Source: Actinomycetes bacterium (lineage in GTDB: Bacteria > Actinomycetota > Acidimicrobiia > Acidimicrobiales > RAAP-2). From it: a stretch of 64,000 nucleotides of DNA. Below, piece after piece: positions 55,057-63,614 of this stretch; position 1 is the stretch's first letter, and each line of letters begins with the position of its first letter. Below the pieces are notes generated by a model. That model did not search any database. It had not been told where the DNA came from and was given only the letters and a program-made list of their open reading frames with translations. A program made the position numbers and the translations under genes. The stretch lies in NCBI GenBank assembly GCA_021803085.1, contig JAJZMD010000017.1, forward strand, positions 11,393 to 75,392, given 5' to 3'.

Positions 55057-57294
55057 TCATGCTCGTCGGTCGACTGCCGGCGCGGCCGGGACGCTGTCGC
55101 GGGCGAGCCGGGAGGCGAGCTCGGCAGCGAAGCCCGCCGGGCCGAACGACGTCGGCTCGGTGCCGAGCTCGCCCGGCCCGAAGGCGGCCTGTGCGACCAC
55201 GTCGGCGCCCTTGGCTTCGAGCACCCGGCGCACGGCGGGCAGCGTCCCTCTCGGCGCCACCGAGAAGGTGCAGAAGATGCCGGCGGTCTTCCCGGCCAGA
55301 CGCGGCAAGCCGGCCAGCCAGGCGGCGGTGGCTTTGGCGGGGCCGACCCTTGCGACCACGAGCCCCTCGACCCAGGTGCCCACGACCACGACGTGGGCGT
55401 TCGCCAGCTCGAGCGGGCCGACCCGGTCGATGGAAAGGCTGCGCACGCTGTGGTCGTGGTCGGCCAGCGCGGCGGCGATCTCCGTGGCCACGCGAGCGGT
55501 GCGCCCACCCCGGCTCTCGTAGCAGACGAGCACGCGCCGGGCGCCGCCCGCATGTGGGCGCCCGGGCCGGCTCGGCCGGGCCGAGAGGAGCGCCGCGGCC
55601 GCCCGCCGTCCCTGGGCCATGGCCTCGACGACGGTCGAGGGACCGATCAGGGCGTCGCCGGCCACGAAGAGGCGGTCTCGGGGCGCGAAGGCAGCTGCCC
55701 ACAGGCCCTGCTCGCGCCGCAGGGCGAGGCGCCCGACAGGGTCCCGGTGGGCGCCGGCGGCCGGCGCGGCGAGCACGCCGCTGGCGGTCCAGCGCCGGTC
55801 GGGCAAAGCGTCCACCTCCAGCCGTTGCGGGGTGCCCGGCGCCACGGCGGCGAAGGCCGGGTCGTTGCGATATCCCATCGCCATGACGACCAGGCCGACG
55901 TCGACGACCTCGGGTGGGAGGCGGAGGACCTTCGGGCGATCCTCGGGGCGGTCCTGGGCGGTCGACGACAGGAAGGCCTGCTCCACCCGCCCTTCGCCCA
56001 CGAGGCGGGCCAAGGTGCGCGAGAAGCGCACCTCGACGCCTTCGCGCCGCGCCTCGTCGAGCTCGTCGGGGCGGGCGAGCGCGAAGCGCTCCTCGAGCCA
56101 GTCGACGCACAGCGCCCGGAGGCCGAGACGAATGGCGCTCCTGGCGACGTCCATGGCGGTGTTGCCCGCGCCCAGCACGAGCACCAGCGGGGGCGTGCTG
56201 CCGTGCCCGAGGTGGAGCCCGAGCGAGGAGCAGAGGTCCTGCCGGCTGCCGCCTGGCTCGAGGGCAGCCTTGGCGCCGCGCAGGAAGCTCGTGGCGTCGA
56301 CGACCCCGTCGAGCTCGGCGCCGGGCACCCGCAGGCGCAGCGGCTCGCCCGCCCCGTTCGCCAGGACCACCGCGTCGTGCCCGGCGAGCAGCGCGCCCAG
56401 ATCCTCGGGGCGGATCTCGGCGCCGCAGCGCAGGTCGACGCCGGCCGCCTCGAGCTGGCGCCAGGGTCTGGCGGCGATCTCCTCGGGCAGGGTGAAGTCG
56501 GGGATCCCCCAGCCGAGCAGACCCCCGGGGCGCTCGTCGCGTTCGTAGACGGTGACCTCGGCGCCCGCCTCGAGGAGCTCCCAGGCGGCACCGATCCCCG
56601 CCGGGCCTGCTCCCACGACCCCCACCGACAGCACGTCGGCGCCAGCGTCGCCGCCACGTCGAGGCAGGGTCGAGGGGGGCGGGACGGGCAGCTGGTCGGC
56701 GACGAAGCGCTCGAGGCGGCCGATCGCCACCGGAATCCCGCCGGCGAGGGACCAGGTGCAGGCGCCCTCGCACTGGGCGGCCTGGTTGCACACCCGGGCG
56801 CACACGTCGGGCAGCACCGAGGTGGCCCGCAACACCTCGTGGGCGCGGGCGAGGTCTCGGTCGCGCACGGCGGCGATGAAGGCGGGGATGTCGTTGTGCG
56901 CCGGGCAGCCCCGCACGCAGGTCGGGTCCGGGCAGGCGAGGCAGCGCTGCGCCTCGGCGAGCGCCTCCGCCCAGGTGCCGAAGCCCGACCGGACCTCGCT
57001 CACGTCGCCGAGAAGCGAAGCCGGGCGCGCCTGGGCGGGGTCGTGGCGCTCGGCGACGACGATCGGACCCTCGACGGTGATCGCCGAGAACGGGCAGGTG
57101 CGCACGCACTGGCGGCAGCCGACGCACGCGTCGGAGTCGGCGACCGCCACCCAGGTGGCGGTGTCCATGTGCAGCGCTGCAGCCGGGCAGCGGATCACGC
57201 ACTCCTGGCAGCCGGCGCAGCGATCGACGAGCACCCTCACCTGCGGGCGGACGACCGGAGAGCGCTCGAGGGTGGCTTCGTCGAGCACGGTCAC
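55057..57294 (-). CDS. fusion oxidoreductase: 2x[4Fe-4S] ferredoxin + GltD/NfnB-like NAD(P)H-FAD domain + C-terminal flavodoxin-like domain
   Basis: 745 aa. CAGCQECVIRCP and CVGCRQCVRTCP; CLACPDPTCVRGCPAHNDIPAF; VVGAGPAGIGAA; C-terminal RVLVCYESRGGRTARVA..VVVGTWVEG. Competing giant track ORFs (55046..58195-, 55393..60018+) are wrong frame. Confidence 0.8.
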   Translation of the reverse strand: MTVLDEATLERSPVVRPQVRVLVDRCAGCQECVIRCPAAALHMDTATWVAVADSDACVGCRQCVRTCPFSAITVEGPIVVAERHDPAQARPASLLGDVSEVRSGFGTWAEALAEAQRCLACPDPTCVRGCPAHNDIPAFIAAVRDRDLARAHEVLRATSVLPDVCARVCNQAAQCEGACTWSLAGGIPVAIGRLERFVADQLPVPPPSTLPRRGGDAGADVLSVGVVGAGPAGIGAAWELLEAGAEVTVYERDERPGGLLGWGIPDFTLPEEIAARPWRQLEAAGVDLRCGAEIRPEDLGALLAGHDAVVLANGAGEPLRLRVPGAELDGVVDATSFLRGAKAALEPGGSRQDLCSSLGLHLGHGSTPPLVLVLGAGNTAMDVARSAIRLGLRALCVDWLEERFALARPDELDEARREGVEVRFSRTLARLVGEGRVEQAFLSSTAQDRPEDRPKVLRLPPEVVDVGLVVMAMGYRNDPAFAAVAPGTPQRLEVDALPDRRWTASGVLAAPAAGAHRDPVGRLALRREQGLWAAAFAPRDRLFVAGDALIGPSTVVEAMAQGRRAAAALLSARPSRPGRPHAGGARRVLVCYESRGGRTARVATEIAAALADHDHSVRSLSIDRVGPLELANAHVVVVGTWVEGLVVARVGPAKATAAWLAGLPRLAGKTAGIFCTFSVAPRGTLPAVRRVLEAKGADVVAQAAFGPGELGTEPTSFGPAGFAAELASRLARDSVPAAPAVDRRA

Positions 57295-57309
57295 GAAGTC
57301 GCCTCCTGC

Positions 57310-58902
57310 TCAGTCCGCCGCGTGCATGAGCACGTAGAGCACCGCGGCGGCGGCCCCGCAGGCGAGCGCCACACCCACGGTCGCCACCCGTACCGCCACC
57401 TTGTGGTCGCTGATCGGCACCAGCTCGTTGGAGGTGATCCGCCAGGTGGCCCACGCCGCCGCCAGGGCCCCGAGGCAGACGACAGCCACCTGGACGACGA
57501 CGATCCAGCCGTTGGTCATGATCGAGAGGCGGTAGACCGGCGAGCGGGTCGAGGAAAGGCCGGCGATGTCCGCCACCGCCGGCACCACCCGCGGCGCGTG
57601 CTGGAAGAACTTCGGCAGCTGGCGGGCGAAGTAGTCGGCGCCCATGACCGGGATGAGCCCGTAGGCCATCGGCACGAAGAACGCCCGGAAGCGCGACGTC
57701 CGCTCCAGGAACCGCCCGGGGCGGGCGGAGCCGACGGCGGGGCGGGCGGAGCCGACGGCGGGGCGCGAGCCGACCCCGGGGCTGGCAACGCCCTTGGCGA
57801 TCAGCGCGGCGGCCGCGACGAACGCGAGCGCGCCGACTGCGATCATCCCGAGGTAGCCGATCGGGTTCGGGTAGTGGGGGAACCCGAGGTGTGCGTCGAG
57901 CCAGCTCTCGGCCGCGGCGAAGGCGTTGGTGGCGTTGAGCTGCTGGTAGAGGACGAGCCCCCACAACAAGGCGATCCCCCACGCGACGTCCGCCCGGCGC
58001 CGCCGTGGGGCGACGACCGACGTGAGCGGCTTGTGGAGGAACAGGCCGACGTTTCCCTCCGGGCAGGCCTTGTAGCACTCCGAGCACAGCCCGCAGTAGA
58101 AGTTCGAGTCCGCGCTCCCGGGCCACGTGTACCACGGGCAGCCGAACCCGTCGGTGCCGCCGCGCATGCAGTCCTTGGTCCGGCACGTCAAGCACACCTC
58201 GCGGTCACGGGTGCGGAATCCGGCGACCGAGCCCATCGATCCCACCGTGCCGATCAGGGTGGTGAGCGGGCAGACGTATCGGCAGAAGGTGCGCCGCTCG
58301 AAGACCAAGAAGAACGCCAGCGCGGAGGCGACGATGCCCACCACCATCCAGGAGGTGTCGGCCGGGTTGCCGGGACCGGCGATGTTGAAGAACTCCTCGA
58401 TCCAGGTGAGCACCAAGAAGCTCGCCACCGGGATCAAGAACCCGACACGGGCCAGCGGCTCGGGGAACGTGCGTCCCAGGCCGAGCGCCTTCTGCGTGCG
58501 GGTGAAGAAGCTGCGGCGCTGCACCCACTCGGCGAAGCCGCCGAAGGGGCACATGGCGCACCAGGCCCGGCCGACCACGACCATCATCACGAACACCAGG
58601 CAGAACCACACGTACCACGTGATCGCCGCCCCGAAGTTCAAGCCGGGCACCGCCGTGCCGAGCAGGCCGACGAAGATCACCGTCCAGAAGATGATCTGGT
58701 TCGGCAGGATCAGGAGGAACTGGAACTTGCGGCTGCGCACCACTCGGGCGACGCGCGGGTGAGCGGTGAGCTCGGCACCTGGGAGAGGATCCGTCGGCGC
58801 GAAGCGGTCGGCGAGCCCGGCACGCTCCGGGCCCCGCAGGCGGATCGAAGCGGGCAATGGGTCGCGCAACGGTGCGATCTCGTCCTGCACGATTGCTGCC
58901 AT
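57310..58902 (-). CDS. integral-membrane polyferredoxin (NapH/MauN/YccM-like 4Fe-4S binding protein)
   Basis: 530 aa from the internal ATG (MAAIVQDE..). Multiple TM segments; CAMCPFG, CRYVCP, CLTCRTKDC, CGLCSECYKACP. Confidence 0.75.
   Translation of the reverse strand: MAAIVQDEIAPLRDPLPASIRLRGPERAGLADRFAPTDPLPGAELTAHPRVARVVRSRKFQFLLILPNQIIFWTVIFVGLLGTAVPGLNFGAAITWYVWFCLVFVMMVVVGRAWCAMCPFGGFAEWVQRRSFFTRTQKALGLGRTFPEPLARVGFLIPVASFLVLTWIEEFFNIAGPGNPADTSWMVVGIVASALAFFLVFERRTFCRYVCPLTTLIGTVGSMGSVAGFRTRDREVCLTCRTKDCMRGGTDGFGCPWYTWPGSADSNFYCGLCSECYKACPEGNVGLFLHKPLTSVVAPRRRRADVAWGIALLWGLVLYQQLNATNAFAAAESWLDAHLGFPHYPNPIGYLGMIAVGALAFVAAAALIAKGVASPGVGSRPAVGSARPAVGSARPGRFLERTSRFRAFFVPMAYGLIPVMGADYFARQLPKFFQHAPRVVPAVADIAGLSSTRSPVYRLSIMTNGWIVVVQVAVVCLGALAAAWATWRITSNELVPISDHKVAVRVATVGVALACGAAAAVLYVLMHAAD
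57718..57774 (-). repeat. in-frame 21-bp tandem repeat x2.7 coding (PAVGSAR)n
   Basis: GGGGCGGGCGGAGCCGACGGC twice perfect, plus a degenerate third copy, inside the polyferredoxin gene. Confidence 0.9.
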
Positions 58903-59001
58903 CCGCGCCTCCGGTACCGCGGGGCTGCGCTCCGTGGTTCCCGTTCCGTACGTGCACTTTACGCAAGCTCTGGACATGACGTCAAGTGGATAACTACACT
59001 T

Positions 59002-60018
59002 ATGGGGGTGAACCTGCGGCTCTCCAAGCGGGGCGACTATGTCGTGCGCTCGGCAATCTGCCTCGCCCGTGCCTATCCCTCGGATCGGCCGACGAAGCTC
59101 CGCGAGGTCTCGGCCGAGACGGGCGTACCGCGCACCTACGTCTCCCAGATCCTGGGCGACCTCGTGCGTGCGGAGGTGGCGGTCTCATCGGCCGGCCTTC
59201 ATGGCGGCTACCGCCTCGCCCGACCCCCCGCCGCCATCAGCCTCTTGGAGGTCGTCGAGGCCGGCGAGGGCAGCCTCGTCGCAGAGAGCTGCGCGCTCGG
59301 CGACGGTCCGAGCCGATGGGAGGAGATCGTCCCCCTCCACGACGCCTGGCGCAGGGCAAGCCAGGCGCTCAGGGACGAGCTCGCCGTCACGACGCTCGCC
59401 GAGCTCGCCGAGGCCGACCAATCGATCGAGACCGGCGCCCATCGGGCGCCGGCCGACGCGCAACGCCACCGGGTGGCTGCGGTGGCCGTCGCCGACTCGG
59501 TGCACATCGAGCTGCCGGCCGCCGCGGTGGCGGCCCGGCTCCAAGAAGGGGACTCCTGGATGGCGCCGCACGTGGCCGCCGCCGCCGCGGACGTCGACGC
59601 GTTCCGGCTGCGTGTCGGGCCGGGGGGCCCCAGCTGGCTCGGCAAGACCGTCGCTGTCCGCCTCGGCAGGCCAGAGCGTGCGGGCGATGGCGTGCGGGTG
59701 GCGATCGTCTGGGAGGCGACGGGGGCCAGCGCGCTGTTCCCCCGCTTCGAAGGCACGCTCGACGTCGTGGACCTCGACCCGGAACGCTGCGAGGTGTCGC
59801 TCTTGGGGCGCTACCGCCCGCCCCTCGGTCGCGCCGGTCAGGCCCTCGACGACGTGCTGTTGGGCCGTGTCGCTCGAGCGACGGTCCGATCCCTGCTTCG
59901 CCGGGTTGCCCACGGCCTCGAACAGGCCCCGGCGGCAACAGCGGACCTCGAGCCCGCGCCCGTCTCCGAAGGACCTCCGACGTTCTCAGAACCCCAACCG
60001 GCCGGCGCGGCCGGGTAG
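59002..60018 (+). CDS. Rrf2-family wHTH regulator fused to a ~190-aa C-terminal START/SRPBCC-like domain
   Basis: 338 aa from ATG 59002 (GTG 59008 is possible). LRLSKRGDYVVRSAICLA..LREVSAETGVPRTYVSQILGDL..GGYRLARP. The C-terminal part FPRFEGTLDVV..LLGRYRPPLGRAGQALDDVLLGRVARATVRSLL resembles SRPBCC-type proteins. Confidence 0.7.
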   Translation: MGVNLRLSKRGDYVVRSAICLARAYPSDRPTKLREVSAETGVPRTYVSQILGDLVRAEVAVSSAGLHGGYRLARPPAAISLLEVVEAGEGSLVAESCALGDGPSRWEEIVPLHDAWRRASQALRDELAVTTLAELAEADQSIETGAHRAPADAQRHRVAAVAVADSVHIELPAAAVAARLQEGDSWMAPHVAAAAADVDAFRLRVGPGGPSWLGKTVAVRLGRPERAGDGVRVAIVWEATGASALFPRFEGTLDVVDLDPERCEVSLLGRYRPPLGRAGQALDDVLLGRVARATVRSLLRRVAHGLEQAPAATADLEPAPVSEGPPTFSEPQPAGAAG

Positions 60019-60268
60019 CCCGATCAAGGCGGCCCGCGGCCGGGTAGCCCGAGCAGACCTGGATCCGCGAACAAGAGGCTGCGCGGATGGGAAGATGTCC
60101 GCTGAGCCTCCAAGTATCCACGCAGCAGTAGTCGATCACCTTCGAGAGGTCGTGCCGCTTCTCGCCGACAACCGGCTCGCCTGCAAGATCTGGATGCATC
60201 CGGTATTGCCCCGGGGCCATCTTCGGGAGATAATTCACTCATGGGGATGGAATGTTGGGGGCTCTGAC

Positions 60269-61321
60269 GTGTCGCGGCGTCGGGTAGTTCGCGGCTCTCT
60301 GTTCACGCTGAGCGGTTGCGCGCTCGGCCTGCTGTACCTCGGGGGCGCGTTCTTCGGGTTGGTGGCCATCGGCCTTCCTCACGGGTCGCACTTCAACACT
60401 CTCGCGGACCTGGTCCTCGTTTCGATCGCTCTCGCGATCGGGGGGTGGGCATGGTCGCGCCGGGAGCTGGGCCCGATGCCCACCTCCGTGCTGCTGACCC
60501 TGGGCACGGTATTGGTCTCAGCCGGGGTCTACTCGGGGCGAGGTGACGACATCTCGATGAGCGCGGCCGTGCTCTACGTCGTCCTGGCCCTCGGTGCAGG
60601 GCTCTTCGTCTCGCCCCGGCGGGTCGTCGGCCAGGTCGTCCTGATGGGCGCGGAGTACGCCGCAGTGCTTGGCCTTACGGGTAATCAGGCAGCGGTCGCC
60701 GAGTGGCTGTTCGTCGTCGGGGCGGTGACGGTGACCGCGTGGGTCACCTCGATGAACCGTTCCGCGCTGGTCCGCCTGGCTCAGCGCGACCCGCTGACCG
60801 GCCTGGCCAATCGAGATGCGCTGCGTAGTGTGCTGGATCTCGAGCTGGCGCGGTCACAGCGGTGCGGCCGGCCGCTCAGCGTGGCAGTGGTCGACCTCGA
60901 CGAGTTCAAGGCCCTGAACGACCAGCAAGGCCATTTGGCCGGCGACGAAGCCCTGGTGCGCCTCGTCGACGCCTGGCGCTCGGAGCTCCGGGGCAGCGAC
61001 CTGCTCGCACGTTTCGGGGGCGACGAGTTCGTCGTCGTGCTCCCCGAGACCTCGATGTGGGAGGCCACCCGGGTGCTCCACCGCCTTCGTCAGCACGAGG
61101 GCGCGTGCTCATGGAGCGCCGGCCTCGCGGTGTGGGACGGGGTCGAGAGCGTGGACCGTCTCCTCCAACGCTCCGACGGCGCCCTCTACCGCGCAAAGGC
61201 GCGTCGCTTGAGCTCGTGGCTCGCGTTGGCGCGCCCAGACCGAGCGCCGCTCGCCGGCCCCGGCGCCGCCTTGGCCGGGACGACGACGAGGCCTCAACCA
61301 AGCGTAGAACCTCGCCTTTAG
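60269..61321 (+). CDS. membrane-anchored diguanylate cyclase (GGDEF)
   Basis: 350 aa from GTG 60269 (ATG 60194 is an alternative). About 5 N-terminal TM segments, DPLTGLANR, RFGGDEFVVVL. Confidence 0.8.
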   Translation: MSRRRVVRGSLFTLSGCALGLLYLGGAFFGLVAIGLPHGSHFNTLADLVLVSIALAIGGWAWSRRELGPMPTSVLLTLGTVLVSAGVYSGRGDDISMSAAVLYVVLALGAGLFVSPRRVVGQVVLMGAEYAAVLGLTGNQAAVAEWLFVVGAVTVTAWVTSMNRSALVRLAQRDPLTGLANRDALRSVLDLELARSQRCGRPLSVAVVDLDEFKALNDQQGHLAGDEALVRLVDAWRSELRGSDLLARFGGDEFVVVLPETSMWEATRVLHRLRQHEGACSWSAGLAVWDGVESVDRLLQRSDGALYRAKARRLSSWLALARPDRAPLAGPGAALAGTTTRPQPSVEPRL

Positions 61322-61442
61322 GTTCCGGGCGCCCGATTTCCCCCGCTGTGCTCGGTGACTCGGCGCATCGTTGCCACCGATCGGCACCGGCAAGCAGCCC
61401 GCTGTCGCCCCGCGGCAAGCCCGAGGCGCCATGGATCCTCGC

Positions 61443-61482
61443 GGCCGGCGTTATGTCGCCGGCCGGCGTTGTGTCGCCGGAC
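61443..61482. terminator. two overlapping GC hairpins (GGCCGGCG-TTRTGT-CGCCGG[CC]) between convergent genes
   Basis: An 18-bp unit repeated in tandem; each unit is an 8-bp (second copy 6-bp) stem with a 6-nt loop. Confidence 0.4.
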
Positions 61483-61552
61483 GGCGGTCGGGTACGGCCC
61501 GAAGCAACCGCCACGAGCAGCCGCCGGCTCGGCATGCCAGGCGCCGGGCGCT

Positions 61553-62161
61553 CTACCGGCGGCCGGCGACCTCGATGACGACGGGGACCAGGGTCGGGTC
61601 GAAGAGCGTGCCGGCGTTCTCGGCCAGGTGGCCGAGGGCCTCCTCGGAGGTGAAGGCCCGGTACCGGTAGCTGCGCTGTTGGGTCATGGAGTCGTAGACG
61701 TCCACGAGCCCGACGATGCGGCCGATGAGGGGGATCTCCTCTCCCGCGTAGCCCGCGGGGTAGCCCGAGCCGTCGAATCGTTCGTGATGGGTCTCGATGC
61801 CGGCGGCGGCGATGTCGAGCTGATGGCAGAAAGACCCCCCGGACGGCGGGCAGCACGAGCGCACCAGCTCCGCGCCGATGGTCGGGTGGCGCTTGATCTC
61901 CTGCCACTGCGCGGCGTCGAGCGGGCCGGGCCAGGCGAGGGTTCGCTCGGGAACTCCGAGCTTCCCGAGATCGTGGAGCGTTCCCGCGAAGGTCAACGCT
62001 TCGAGATCGGCCTCACTGAGATCGAGCAGCGCCCCGACGGCACGGGCGAGGGCGCCGACTCGCGCCGAGTGCACACCAGTCGGTAGGTCGTAGGCGGCGA
62101 TCGCCTCGCCGAACGCCGGCGCCAGCCGGGGCCGCGTCGTCTCGATCGGTCCCATGCTCAC
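61553..62161 (-). CDS. HD-GYP domain phosphodiesterase (stand-alone)
   Basis: 202 aa. TLHDLGKLGVP, HHERFDGSGYP. Confidence 0.8.
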   Translation of the reverse strand: MSMGPIETTRPRLAPAFGEAIAAYDLPTGVHSARVGALARAVGALLDLSEADLEALTFAGTLHDLGKLGVPERTLAWPGPLDAAQWQEIKRHPTIGAELVRSCCPPSGGSFCHQLDIAAAGIETHHERFDGSGYPAGYAGEEIPLIGRIVGLVDVYDSMTQQRSYRYRAFTSEEALGHLAENAGTLFDPTLVPVVIEVAGRR

Positions 62162-62459
62162 CCGCCTCGCTCTACCTGCAGGTTCCGCTTGCGCCGGACC
62201 GCCGGCCGAGGCCTGCGCTGGGTGGCTGGTGTGAATCGAGGGTCCGCAGGGACTGCGGATGAGTGGTGGTCGGCCATGGGACTCCTATTTGTCCTGGGTC
62301 CTGGGACCCGGGCGGGCGAGTCATCAGCGCAAGGATGCCGGGTTCGGTGACCGCGTTGCTGGCCGGTTCACTCCGGGGAAGGCTTGTGCGGTCTGGGGGA
62401 CATCGTGGGGGATCACGGCGTCCCAGCCACTGCCACCCGCCCATGTCGGCTTGCAGGCC

Positions 62460-63059
62460 GAGATGGCCGAGCTTGCGCTCGACCTTTGGCCGCGTCGCTC
62501 GGTACTCGTCGCGCCAGCTGGGCTCTCGCTGTTCGCGTCGCGTCTCGGCGAGTCGGTGCTCGTAGCGGCCGACTTGGATGGACCGGCCGCCGTTGGCGTC
62601 GGTGCACTGCGAGCGCAACGGGCAGCTCGTGCACGCATCGGCGAAGTAGGCGATGCCGTCGCCGTCTGGGTTCCGCCGGAGGGTGACGGCGACGCCTTGG
62701 GGGAAGGTGACCTGCTCGGCTTCGAGATCGATGCGGAAGCGGTCCTTGGCGAAACGCCCAGCGGCAGCGACCGGTGGCTGGGTCTTGGTGTAAGCGGCCG
62801 TCTTGGTCGCACGCCCGCTCCGGCGCCCCGGTGCACTGCGTCTCTTGGTCGGTGCGCTCCGGCCCTCGGTGGTGTCGTCGGTGGTGTCGCTCGTTGCGAT
62901 CTCTTCGACCTCGCCGGCACCCTCGGTGCCCGAGGTAGGCTCCGCGAGGTCGTCGATCAGCTCCTCTGCCACGCTCGCATCGCCTGTGTTGCCCGGCGTC
63001 ACCACCGTCTCGGTGATGATCTCGGAGTCCGGGTCGATCGCCACGTGGCCCTTGTAGCC
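62460..63059 (-). pseudogene. degraded IS1182/IS5-like transposase remnant
   Basis: GYKGHVAIDPDSEIITETVVTPGNTGD.., FRIDLEAEQVTFPQG..ADACTSCPLRSQCT..GRSIQV..YRATRPKVERKLGHL. The flanking N- and C-terminal parts of the 465-aa track ORF look like non-homologous or frame-shifted sequence, and the usual catalytic mid-section is replaced by a low-complexity stretch. Confidence 0.5.
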
Positions 63060-63614
63060 TTCGGGGCGTCCACTCGTTCCAATCGACCTTGCCCAACCGC
63101 GTCGCACCCCCACGACGTGACCCCGCGATGCCGAAACGTTCCACTGCCAAAGTACCAGGTCAAGCTCTACCTGACGATGCCGGCGCGGCCGGCTCGCGGC
63201 GGCCCGTCCCCTCCTCCTCGTCCAGTCGAGCAAAGGGTGCGGCCCCACGATCGATCGAACAGCCTGGGTCACCGCGCCGGAGAGGAGCGGTTCGGCGCTC
63301 CGAAGGCGGCAAGCCCCTCGTGCGCAGTCCCCCACACGCGCATCGCCTACCCGTGGTACCTCGACCAGGTCCTCACCGCCGGGTGCGATCGGGTGCGCCG
63401 GCCGCTGGGATCGCCCTGCGTGACGCCCACACGCGTCGTCGGCATGATCGAGGTCGCTCCGGCGGAGACGCCCGCCCGGCCGCCCAGCGGGTTGCCAGTC
63501 ACGTTCCCCGTCCCCCCGCTGCCGGCCGGCACTGCCGCGCTGCTGACAGCGTGGGGCGCGCTCGCCCATGCCATTCGTCGGTACCGGCGTGACTTGCGCC
63601 TGACGTCGTGACAG

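Noticed and set aside
55046-60018. Giant track ORFs 55046..58195(-), 1049 aa, and 55393..60018(+), 1541 aa.
   Set aside because: Their translations are Arg/Gly/Pro/Ala low-complexity, typical of wrong frames in ~70% GC DNA. The same DNA encodes well-formed domain proteins in other frames: the ferredoxin-GltD-flavodoxin fusion, the polyferredoxin and the Rrf2 fusion. Only the last 338 codons of the plus-strand ORF are real.
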